From Candidatus Poribacteria bacterium (GTDB taxonomy: Bacteria; Poribacteria; WGA-4E; WGA-3G): a DNA stretch of 64,000 nt. Under the pieces are notes generated by a model. It worked only from the letters and a program-made list of their open reading frames with translations. It did not search any database and was not told the origin of the DNA. The stretch is from contig OZ244048.1 in assembly GCA_965215265.1 (NCBI GenBank), forward strand, positions 4,320,001-4,384,000. Reading direction: 5' to 3'. A program made the translations under genes and the position numbers. Positions 12,415 to 21,040 of the stretch are shown here, one piece after another (the first letter of the stretch is position 1; the number at the start of each line of letters is the position of its first letter).

Positions 12415-12747
12415 ATGCAGTATCGGAAGACATCAGTGGATTTCCATATCCGCCCCTTTTGGAGTTCTTTTATGAATCGGGTTCCTATTGTGTATTTTGT
12501 AGGTTTTTTTGCGGGTGTGTTTGGTGCTATTACTCGTCAACTTACCAATCACTGGTCCGCTTTTCTTATTTGGGTTTTCCTGGGTTTAGTGATATCGTAT
12601 CTGTTTAATAAGGATGTATTCAGGCTACTCCCACATAACCCTAAACCTGCCCCTAGACCTGCCCGAGGGGCTTATGCGGAATATCTGGCACGCAAACAGG
12701 AGAAGAAAAAGTTGAAAGCGTTGAACCGGCAGCAGAAGAAAAGATGA
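12415..12747 (+). CDS. Small membrane protein with a basic C-terminal tail
   Basis: Two hydrophobic helices followed by a Lys/Arg-rich tail; the start may be the ATG at 12472 after GGAG. Confidence 0.5.
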   Translation: MQYRKTSVDFHIRPFWSSFMNRVPIVYFVGFFAGVFGAITRQLTNHWSAFLIWVFLGLVISYLFNKDVFRLLPHNPKPAPRPARGAYAEYLARKQEKKKLKALNRQQKKR

Positions 12748-12925
12748 AGACGGGTTTGCAAAATATCGGTGACATCTTCGGAGAACCGAGCGCCCTATTC
12801 ATGCGTCTGACATCGGCTTCTTGGTAGCGTCAGCATCTTAACTTTATCAAATTTCCAAGTGAGGAGTTCGCTACCCAAGAGTTGCAGCATCTCTTTGATA
12901 TACCCCAAAAGTAAAGAGATACCTA

Positions 12926-13153
12926 TTTTTGTATACTAGAGCCCCACAACGGCTGATGCATTGTTAATCACTGTGTACATCTCGTCAGAGCCTTTCTAGG
13001 TTATGAATCATAGCATAGAAACGGTAGAGAAACAGCCTGGTTCGTCCAACTTAAGTCTCTTTCTAGGTTATGAATCATAGCATAGAAACCCTCCTACGAG
13101 ATTTATGCAAGGGTTATCAAAACATCAATCAGTATTGGGCTTCAGTATACAAA
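12926..13153. repeat. Family-1 element carrying a repeat-spacer-repeat insertion in its centre
   Basis: Arms TTTTTGTATACTAGAGCCCC...GTACATCTCGTCAGAG and CTCCTACGAGATTTA...GGGCTTCAGTATACAAA; centre duplicated. Confidence 0.85.
12992..13089 (+). CRISPR. Minimal CRISPR-like unit: two identical 31-bp repeats and one 36-bp spacer (orphan, no cas genes in window)
   Basis: CTTTCTAGGTTATGAATCATAGCATAGAAAC at 12992-13022 and 13059-13089; spacer GGTAGAGAAACAGCCTGGTTCGTCCAACTTAAGTCT; repeat ends in GAAAC. Confidence 0.5.
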
Positions 13154-13767
13154 CAGTCATCACTGTACTACAATTATAAAGATTTTTATATGAAAACTCT
13201 TCAGAATCAGGCGTTTATTAGCACTCCAATCCTAAATTTCATGCTACATCCGTTCCTTATAGAGGTTTCTACCACCACCAAAACGCCCACCCCCACTTTT
13301 TGCGCGCAGGAGGAAGCCTCCGCCACTGCTAAATGTGCCAAAAATACAGTAATCCGGCGAGGATACCTAAAATCATGAGTTTCCACCATTCAGAATTCAT
13401 TTTGTTCGCCTTTATAGTAGAATAGAAACCTGCCAGTAACTGGTCGTGCACCAAGTCCTAATCGATCCACTTTTTACTTATTCTTTCGACCTCTTTTGTG
13501 AATTTTACCATCAATATAATACATGGATACGCTCTAATGCTGCAGTGCGATGCCAACTTCCCGCGCGTTGCCTCGGGAGAAATTTAAAGACTATACATAC
13601 CGAAGGCCGCTCCTTATCTTTCATCCCATTAGCAACCCGGCTATTAGTAGAAATAGGCATGCACCCAGGGGCGATGTAAAGGAACTGCAGATGTGTTTCA
13701 TCATTTTCATCGCTGTATTGTAAGGGCGGATGGTTTCATCCGCCCACATGAACTTATAGAAAAGAAA

Positions 13768-14661
13768 TTAGGCGTGCCGGGGCCCCATCGCATAAGCCGG
13801 CTTTTCACCGAATTGCTCAATGAGCCAGCCGCGTAACGGGACATCCTCTTCTGTGGGTACATAACGGCCGTTGTTTCTCACGGCAGCACCGAGCAGCTGC
13901 CTCCGAATCGCGTCGCAACGTTCATAAAGCGGTTCAACCGTCATTTCGTCTTTCGGCCGGATCCATCGATATCCGTAGCCGTAAAAGAGTGCCTTTCGAG
14001 TTAACTGGGAGTGGTTGGGGCTGCGCGAGTGCCAGAGTCGTCTGTCAAACAGGACGGCGGTGCCGGGTTCTACACAGACCGGCATTGCATCTTCAGGGAC
14101 AGCCGTGGCGGTTCCCTCGCGTGGGTCCCGGCTAATCTCGGACTCCGGTACTGGCATATCCGAGAGGTGGCTCCCAGGGCGTATATAGAAATTGCCACGC
14201 CCGGGTTCGGAGACATCTGTGAGGAAATATGCTACCTTCAAGGAGATACGCGGGCGCGGATTGGTTTCCAGCTCAATGTTAAGGCGGCCGCTGTCTTGGT
14301 GCCATTCTAACCATCCTTCACTCTCTTTGGCATCTGCGGCTGCGGGCGGTTTGACATGCATATGCGCGTGGTAGAGATAGATATTCCATCCCAAAATCCC
14401 CCAGACTTTGGGCAACGTTGTCGGCAGGTCTACCAGATCTAGAAGCGCGTCGTCTGCTCCTAAAAAATCTGACCAGCCCCAAGGGTTACCGGGCTTGGCT
14501 CTGCCTGTGGCGATTGCTTTATGGTGAAGGGTATCCACGGCTCGCGTTAGCGCTTCTACCTTTTCTGGGGATAGCGCGTTCGGCACGTACAGGTAACCTT
14601 GTTCTTCAAAATGGGTCTGTTCTTCTTCTGTGAGTAAGTGCTCAAGGCATTCTCCGTTCAT
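13768..14661 (-). CDS. Phytanoyl-CoA dioxygenase family (PhyH) Fe(II)/2OG enzyme
   Basis: FEEQGYL, WHQD, PGSH, GTAVLFDRRLWH facial-triad motifs. Confidence 0.9.
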   Translation of the reverse strand: MNGECLEHLLTEEEQTHFEEQGYLYVPNALSPEKVEALTRAVDTLHHKAIATGRAKPGNPWGWSDFLGADDALLDLVDLPTTLPKVWGILGWNIYLYHAHMHVKPPAAADAKESEGWLEWHQDSGRLNIELETNPRPRISLKVAYFLTDVSEPGRGNFYIRPGSHLSDMPVPESEISRDPREGTATAVPEDAMPVCVEPGTAVLFDRRLWHSRSPNHSQLTRKALFYGYGYRWIRPKDEMTVEPLYERCDAIRRQLLGAAVRNNGRYVPTEEDVPLRGWLIEQFGEKPAYAMGPRHA

Positions 14662-14720
14662 GGTAAATTCTCCTGAGTCGCGGTGTGCGTATGCACGCCG
14701 CGCTGAAAAGATATTGTGTG

Positions 14721-15584
14721 TTATCGCACAAAACGTGCGAGAAATTCACGAGAGCGGCGGAGTCCATCTGACTCTGATTCCCACGTTCGCCAGTAGCGAT
14801 AATCTTCGAGTTCAACACTGACGATGCCATCGAATTCCTCGTCCTCTAAGCGTTGCACGACTTTCAGCCAGTCAACAACGCCATCACCGGGGATGGTATA
14901 GCGCCACCATTCTTCACCGAATCCGCGTGCGCTGCCGAAGCTTGGGCCCAAATTGCCGTGGAGATAGAGTGCTTCTTCGTCGAAGACGGTGTCCTTTCCA
15001 TGGACGTGTTTCACATAAGGTGCAAATTCGTTAAGGGTGCGTAGGTAATCAATCCCGATTCGGACTAGATGAGACGGGTCGTAGTTGAGCCCCAATCCTG
15101 GTGAGGTGCATTCAGCGAACATCGCGCGCCACATTTCGGGTGTGCAGCCGAGTGCCGGATAGGTGGGAGGAGGGCCGGGCCAACCTTCCACAGCGATAGT
15201 GACACCGTTTTCGGCAGCGAACTCAGCGATCGGCGGGATAGTTTCCTTCCAAATATCAAAATTTTTGGCACGACCGAGGCTGGCATCCTCCGGTACAAAA
15301 ACGCAAAACATAATCCGAACGTCGTTTTCTGCAGCAGCTTGGATGGCGTTTTTGGCAGCAGCAGCACCGGATCTCTGTTTAGACTTTTTAACGCTGAGGA
15401 GGTCACTAACCCCTGGTAAATCCGCTGTACCGATGACGAGCCCTGCATCTCTCGCGGTTTTGACAATTTCCGGAGTGACTGCTCCAATATCAACGGCTTC
15501 AAATCCGTTATCCGTGCACCACTGGCAGAAATCGGCAAAGGGTAATTGGCGAGCTGTACCGGGGATGCGTAATCCAATTTTCAT
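14721..15584 (-). CDS. Sugar phosphate isomerase/epimerase (xylose isomerase-like TIM barrel)
   Basis: IAVE, GLNYDPSH, HVHGKD, PGDGVVDW, SVELED. Confidence 0.88.
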   Translation of the reverse strand: MKIGLRIPGTARQLPFADFCQWCTDNGFEAVDIGAVTPEIVKTARDAGLVIGTADLPGVSDLLSVKKSKQRSGAAAAKNAIQAAAENDVRIMFCVFVPEDASLGRAKNFDIWKETIPPIAEFAAENGVTIAVEGWPGPPPTYPALGCTPEMWRAMFAECTSPGLGLNYDPSHLVRIGIDYLRTLNEFAPYVKHVHGKDTVFDEEALYLHGNLGPSFGSARGFGEEWWRYTIPGDGVVDWLKVVQRLEDEEFDGIVSVELEDYRYWRTWESESDGLRRSREFLARFVR

Positions 15585-15596
15585 AATTTTTCCTTT

Positions 15597-16817
15597 CTAA
15601 AATCCCATCAACCCGCAGCAGCGGCGGCAGACCGGCATTGGCCCATCATTACTAACGGACTGTCGGAATTTAATTGCCTTCTGGTTATTCCACATATCCA
15701 GAACCTTATCAGTTTTGATATTGCCGATGGTGTAGTCGTGGTAGTCGCGACAGAGACTCACGTCCCCGTTACTGTCAATCTCCATCGTCATGTAGATGCT
15801 GACACATTGGTTGTACCCAAAAGTCTGCTTATGGTCAGTATAGTATCGCTGGATTTCCCCGCGCGAGTTTAACCTCGGCATCATAATAGGCGGGCACCGT
15901 CGCTGCTTTTCGGCGAGGTTTTCCATCTCCTTAAACCTATCCAGAATGACCCCGTGGTCAAAGTCTTTCCAGGTGCCAATCCATCCATAGTGCGTTTGCG
16001 GTTTGAATCCGAACCGGCTTTCAAAATCCTCTGTGTGTTCTTGTGCAGACTGGGAGTCAATCCACCATGTCAAATAAAAGATCTGCGCGTCGGCATATTG
16101 ACTCGTGAACTTGTAGAGGTCAACCACGACATCAATGTTGTACATCGTAACGCAGCTGAGCGGTATGATGTATGGAAAAGCGAGGTTACGGCGTTGCTTC
16201 TCTGCACTCAGGGTTTCCAATGCAGCTTTGACATCCTTAAAGTTGTCGTACTTAGGCGACACGCCTGGACGTTGCGTGTTATGAATTTCCTCGTTAGGTC
16301 CGTCAACACTGAGGTAAATAATCTTGCAGGTTTCCAAGATATCGTCAGCGCGTTTGGCAATGTTGGTAGCGTTGCTAACAAGAGAGATGGGCATACCCTT
16401 CTCTTTGATATAGTGCATTAATTCAATCAGGCCGGGGTACAGCATCGGTTCGCCGCCCCAGATGTACCAGACAGGTGCCCATCCAGCATCCACAATCTGA
16501 TCGACGAGGTGCTTATAGGTTTCGACGGGGACTTCGCGCTGTTTGAGTTCTTTAAGCGAATGCCCCAACAGGTACCCGTTATCTCCCCATTGTCCGCAGG
16601 AATGGCAACGTAAATTACACATATCTGTAATGCGGAGGCTTACCAGTTGAAGTGGGTCGCCTTTGCCATGCTTTGCACGTAGCGGGTGCCGCAAGTTGAA
16701 ACTCTCTTTTGCCAATTGGTATCGAATCAATTTACGCGAGGTGTCCCAGTCCTCCGATATAGCAGTCGCAAGCTGGTTGACGAGAAACCGGGACGAAATT
16801 CGACTTCGTAGTGCCAT
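15597..16817 (-). CDS. Radical SAM protein with C-terminal SPASM/twitch domain
   Basis: CNLRCHSC, WGGEP, C...GDVSLC...IGNI...CRRCC. Confidence 0.9.
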   Translation of the reverse strand: MALRSRISSRFLVNQLATAISEDWDTSRKLIRYQLAKESFNLRHPLRAKHGKGDPLQLVSLRITDMCNLRCHSCGQWGDNGYLLGHSLKELKQREVPVETYKHLVDQIVDAGWAPVWYIWGGEPMLYPGLIELMHYIKEKGMPISLVSNATNIAKRADDILETCKIIYLSVDGPNEEIHNTQRPGVSPKYDNFKDVKAALETLSAEKQRRNLAFPYIIPLSCVTMYNIDVVVDLYKFTSQYADAQIFYLTWWIDSQSAQEHTEDFESRFGFKPQTHYGWIGTWKDFDHGVILDRFKEMENLAEKQRRCPPIMMPRLNSRGEIQRYYTDHKQTFGYNQCVSIYMTMEIDSNGDVSLCRDYHDYTIGNIKTDKVLDMWNNQKAIKFRQSVSNDGPMPVCRRCCGLMGF

Positions 16818-16845
16818 CTATTCTCCTTTCTTTTCTATTGTGCGG

Positions 16846-17259
16846 CTAAGCATTGTCCTCAGGCTTAATAAGTATCAGGGCTGCCGAGTTCATGCAGTAG
16901 CGTTTACCCGTAGGTGAGGGACCGTCGTTAAAGACGTGCCCGAGGTGTGCATCGCAGCGACTACAGAGGACTTCGGTGCGCGGCATGAAAAAGAGGCTTA
17001 AGTCTCTTTTGGTTTCAATGCTTTCGGGCGAAACGGCTTCCCAAAAGCTGGGCCAGCCGGTTCCCGAATCGTACTTTGTATCTGAAGTAAAGAGCGGATT
17101 TCCACAACAAATGCAGTGGTAAGTCCCGTTTTCTTTACAATTATGGTACTTGCCTGTGAAGGCGCGTTCTGTCCCTTTCTTACGGGTTACTTTGTATTCC
17201 TCAGAAGTGAGTTGTTGTTGCCATTCCTCATCGGATTTAATGATTTTTTCTGCTACCAT
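16846..17259 (-). CDS. msrB: Peptide-methionine (R)-S-oxide reductase
   Basis: GTERAFTG, CICC, KYDSGTGWPSF, HLGHVFNDGP, RYCMNS; start taken at MVAEK after GAGGAG. Confidence 0.95.
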   Translation of the reverse strand: MVAEKIIKSDEEWQQQLTSEEYKVTRKKGTERAFTGKYHNCKENGTYHCICCGNPLFTSDTKYDSGTGWPSFWEAVSPESIETKRDLSLFFMPRTEVLCSRCDAHLGHVFNDGPSPTGKRYCMNSAALILIKPEDNA

Positions 17260-17383
17260 TTTTCGCTCCTCTGACGAACCTGTCGCGTTCGGCCACCGGC
17301 TCCTCATTTTATCAATGCGAATACTATACCAAATTTTGCTAAAAAAGACAAGTGTGATTTTAAGTTGACATAATCTATATTAG

Positions 17384-17756
17384 TTTCGTCTACTGCAGCA
17401 CAACGAAGGCAGTTGTAATGCTAAACCCTAGCACAAATCTCGTCGGAGGGTTCCGATGCTACGAATCTAAACAGAAAAAACCTCCGACGAGATTTACATC
17501 GAAGTCAACAAAAACATAAACTTTTATCGTACTGAAATATACGAAAACACAAATCTCGTTCTTTCGTCTATAGGAGCCCAATAAAGGCTGCTGCTTTTTC
17601 GTATACAGGAGCCCAATGCCAGTTGCCGCTATATTAAATCCTTTACAAATCTCGCCGGAGCCTTCTTATGCTATGAATCTAAACACCAGGCGGCTCCGAC
17701 GAGATTTACACAGTGATTAACAATACATCAGCCTTTATCGGGCTGCAGTAGACGAA
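17384..17756. repeat. Cluster of family-1 elements (full copies 17384-17547 and 17595-17756 plus partial arms between)
   Basis: Repeated TTTCGT(C/A)TA ends, AAATCTCG(T/C)CGGAG and CTCCGACGAGATTT inner motifs, GAATC centres. Confidence 0.85.
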
Positions 17757-18190
17757 CATTCTTGTTCACTCCTTCAGGATGCCTTGTTCTGTTAATCGTG
17801 AAATCAGTGCCGCTTGTGTCCCTGTCCCTTTCGTTGAATTGCAAGCAGCACAAAGCAGTTGCAGGTTCTCTATATGGTTAGTGCCCCCTTTGCTTTGGGG
17901 TGTGATATAGTCTACCGTCAAGTTTCGATAATGGAACGGATATTGACATCCATTGCATTTGCCTTGCTGCCTACCAAATAACTCGGGTTTGTGCGTTTGG
18001 TATCTGGGTAAATGCCGCTGCATCTCTATCTCCTCAGCGGTGTTCGTCCGTTCCGGTGCATCTTTGCGAACAATCACATCTGTCAACGGATTGAATAAAT
18101 TAGCGGCTTGGTTGACCTCATCCGACAGTCGTAGTTTTGTGATGTCCTCCGCATCGGGCGATATGTCTATGCCAACCCATTTCCGATGTA

Positions 18191-18352
18191 TTTGTATATT
18201 TCAGTACATTAACGCCTGATGCTTTGTCAATCACTGTATAAATCTCGCCAGAGGTTATCTATGCTATGATTCAAAACATCGGAACCCTCCGACGAGATTT
18301 GAAAAGGATTTAACATTGCAGCAGCCTTTGTGGTGCTGCAGTATACGAAAAA
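18191..18352. mobile_element. Family-1 element inserted in the MTase-HNH gene, replacing the SAM-binding motif I
   Basis: Sits between ...SSNEGDMV and HRKWVGID; the expected LDPFCG...AAE stretch (present in the paralog at 35817-37406) is absent. Confidence 0.8.
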
Positions 18353-19100
18353 CCATATCGCCTTCATTTGAGGACGCTTTGATGATGCGTTCTAAGAGCG
18401 CGAGGGGCTTCTGCGTCGGATAGCCAGTGTCTTCTTTGCCCTTTACAGGCGGCGTGTCAAGAAACAAGTCCCCGGCGACAACCCCCGGCATCGCAGATAA
18501 ATACTTCTTCCATTGCGGTCTGCCGATTTTACCTTTGGGCCAGTGCAGCAGTCCCGCGGCATCAAGAACTTCACATTTTGCCAGTGGGTCGAGCGCTTCA
18601 TAATTATCTGGCAACAGTGTCTGTGCAGAAGCCGGAAATTTCTTGCGAGCCGGGGGTGCCCATGCCCGACCCGGCGGCGGTTCAATGCCTTTCAAGGGCA
18701 GATACGCTTTGCTGCTGCCTGCTTTTCCACCCGAGAGATCCGCTGTGCCGTATTTACCATGTTTGTCCCGACCGCGAAACGACTTCTGTATATATTCATC
18801 GGCATAAGGAGAATATTGTTGATTCCAAGTTGCCCCCTTGGACTTGATATAGTAGAGAATTCGGTCGGTGTTTACCGCGTAGCGTTTCGCCAACGATTTC
18901 GTCGAGGTCCGCTTCCAAATCACCTCATTCCGAAAGTGATTACTTCCGAACAGCGAGTCCATCACGGCTTTTAGATAATGGCTGGCGGTCGCATCGCAGT
19001 GCAGATATATGCTACCTGTCGGCTTCAAAATACGGTGCATCTCAAACAATCTCACCGCCATGGCTGTCAGGTATATCTTCATCGACGTGTCAAATACGTT

Positions 19101-19261
19101 TTTTGTATACTGGAGCCCAATAAAGGCTGCTGCAATGGACACCCTAGCACAAAACTCGTCGGAGGGTTCTGATGTTTTGATTCATAGCATAGAAAACCTC
19201 CGACGAGATTTACACACGTATTATCACGACATAGGCGGTGATGGTACGGAGATATACGAAA
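19101..19261. mobile_element. Family-1 element, clean 161-bp insertion in the MTase-HNH gene
   Basis: Removing it gives in-frame YQMIQASD-NVFDTSMKIYL; no target duplication visible. Confidence 0.85.
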
Positions 19262-19545
19262 ATCGGATGCCTGAATCATCTGATACAGTTCCTCGTGTTG
19301 GGCAGCGATCTGTCCGTGCCATTCGTCTTTGATGTCCTCGTCTGTCCAGATGTCTTTGAATGCCGCGCCCTCTGCTGGAGAGCCTATCGGTGCTTTCCAC
19401 TGTTTGCCCGATTTAAACGGCGGATCCAGATAAATCAGGTCTATCGTGCCTGAATCCATACCTCGCATAATGTCAAGATTGTCAGCAATAAAAAGCGTTC
19501 TATTCTCAAAGTTCATCGTGTACTCTGTCTAAAATAATACGGTTT

Positions 19546-20745
19546 CTATTTTTTCTTAACCGTCCCGAGAACTCGACACGTCGTTGCAGAAAGAATTTCA
19601 TATTCCACATCGCCCCACACAATCTTGCGTTGGAAGACGGCATACACTGCGTTAATCCCAGCGAGAAAAATTGAAAATGGGGTAGCATAAGAAGTGATGC
19701 GAATGGTATCCTGCATCTTCGGCATTTGGCGTAGCCAGTGCGGCAAATTCAAGCAGAAAATGCGGTAGCTGAATGCCTCCAGAAAAGGGACAAACACAAG
19801 GGGCAGAAGCCCTTTCTGAGAGAATAGAAACGGAAGCGCTCCGAAAACCAGTAGGGCCTTCGGGAGAAATATAACCAGACTCCCCAGCCATTGGATCCAA
19901 AGCCCCATGTGAAACGTCATAATCATCTGTCGGTTTGTGAATTCAACAATCTGGTTCCAACTCCGGTTTGCCGTGCGGGTGACGGCAACACAGTCTGGGA
20001 CAAAATGAACTTTCAGCTTAACGTCTCTGACGGCCCGGGTCGTGTTGAGATCCTCAATCGTTGCGTGCTTCCACCGTTTCAGAAGTTGAGATTTCTCTAG
20101 GAATTCACGACGGAAGGCGTTAGAGCCGCCCCATACCATTGAAAACCGGTGATCCCCTTGTAAACCCATCTGGAAATTTACCCAGATGGCTTCAACAAGG
20201 GAGGCGCAGTTCCACGTCTGTGGGAAATAGAAGCGCCCGCCCACGGTTGCCCCGATTTTTGTGTCCTGCAGCGGTGTGACGAGCAGCGTTAGCCAATCTT
20301 CGCGTATAGCTACATCTGCGTCAACAAAGGCGATGACTTCAACATCATCCGATAAGTTTTCTATGACCGTCAGGAGGTTCTGCACCTTTTGCGACCTGCG
20401 GAGTTTATTGTCAATAATGTTTGGTGCCAACACGACGTGAATATTCGGTGAGGTTTCCGCGAGTTTTTGCAGATGTGGATAGGAGACATCGTACCCAGTG
20501 TGCTCTTTTTGGTGTGTGACAAAGAAAATGTCGTATTCACCCGCGTAATCTTGCTGTAGGAGCCCCTTGACATGTTCGGCGGTGTTATCGTCCCATCCGT
20601 AGTGGGGTGCGATAATAGCCGCTTTTGGCGTATAAACCGGCCAGACCTTTTTTCGTTCACGACGCGAATACACAAACGAGTGGCTAAGCATTAACAGTTG
20701 GATAAGGAGAAAAAAATAAGTGGTTGCAATAATGTATATATGCAT
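19546..20745 (-). CDS. GT2/GT21-like membrane glycosyltransferase (ceramide glucosyltransferase/HpnI-like)
   Basis: LLQQDY, KVQNL, FVDAD, WGGS, IEDL, RQ motif, N- and C-terminal TM segments. Confidence 0.8.
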   Translation of the reverse strand: MHIYIIATTYFFLLIQLLMLSHSFVYSRRERKKVWPVYTPKAAIIAPHYGWDDNTAEHVKGLLQQDYAGEYDIFFVTHQKEHTGYDVSYPHLQKLAETSPNIHVVLAPNIIDNKLRRSQKVQNLLTVIENLSDDVEVIAFVDADVAIREDWLTLLVTPLQDTKIGATVGGRFYFPQTWNCASLVEAIWVNFQMGLQGDHRFSMVWGGSNAFRREFLEKSQLLKRWKHATIEDLNTTRAVRDVKLKVHFVPDCVAVTRTANRSWNQIVEFTNRQMIMTFHMGLWIQWLGSLVIFLPKALLVFGALPFLFSQKGLLPLVFVPFLEAFSYRIFCLNLPHWLRQMPKMQDTIRITSYATPFSIFLAGINAVYAVFQRKIVWGDVEYEILSATTCRVLGTVKKK

Positions 20746-20746
20746 G

Positions 20747-21040
20747 TTTTCGTATACAGGAGCCCCATCATGTTTATGTTTTGTTAACTCCGATGTACAT
20801 CTCGTTTTTTTGTATATCTCCGTACGATCAACGTTTATGTAATAATAACTCGTGTGTAAATCTCGTCGGAGATGACTTAGGGAATGTCTCTAAAAATCAA
20901 AACATCAAAAGGCTCAGCCGAGATGTACATAGGATTTAGCAATAGCTACGCCTTGAGAGGGCTCCAATAGACGAAAAAGCGTTGATGGTTAAGAATTGTC
21001 CCTGCTGGCAGGGACAATTCTTAACGGAGAGATACTAAAA
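20747..21040. repeat. Nested family-1 elements with a 38-bp hairpin inserted in the outer arm
   Basis: Outer arm 20747-20805, inner full copy ~20806-20978, outer arm end GCGTTGATGGT..ACGGAGAGATACTAAAA split by GTTAAGAATTGTCCCTGC-TG-GCAGGGACAATTCTTAAC (20988-21025). Confidence 0.8.

Larger units (their letters stand above)
17766..19516 (-). pseudogene. N6/N4 DNA methyltransferase-HNH endonuclease fusion, disrupted by two family-1 insertions
   Basis: DNLDIMRG...IYLDPPF, GSIYLHCD, GYPTQKPLALLERII, RKWVGIDIS, and C-terminal CNGC...NLQLLCAACNSTK in three separate ORF pieces. Confidence 0.9.
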
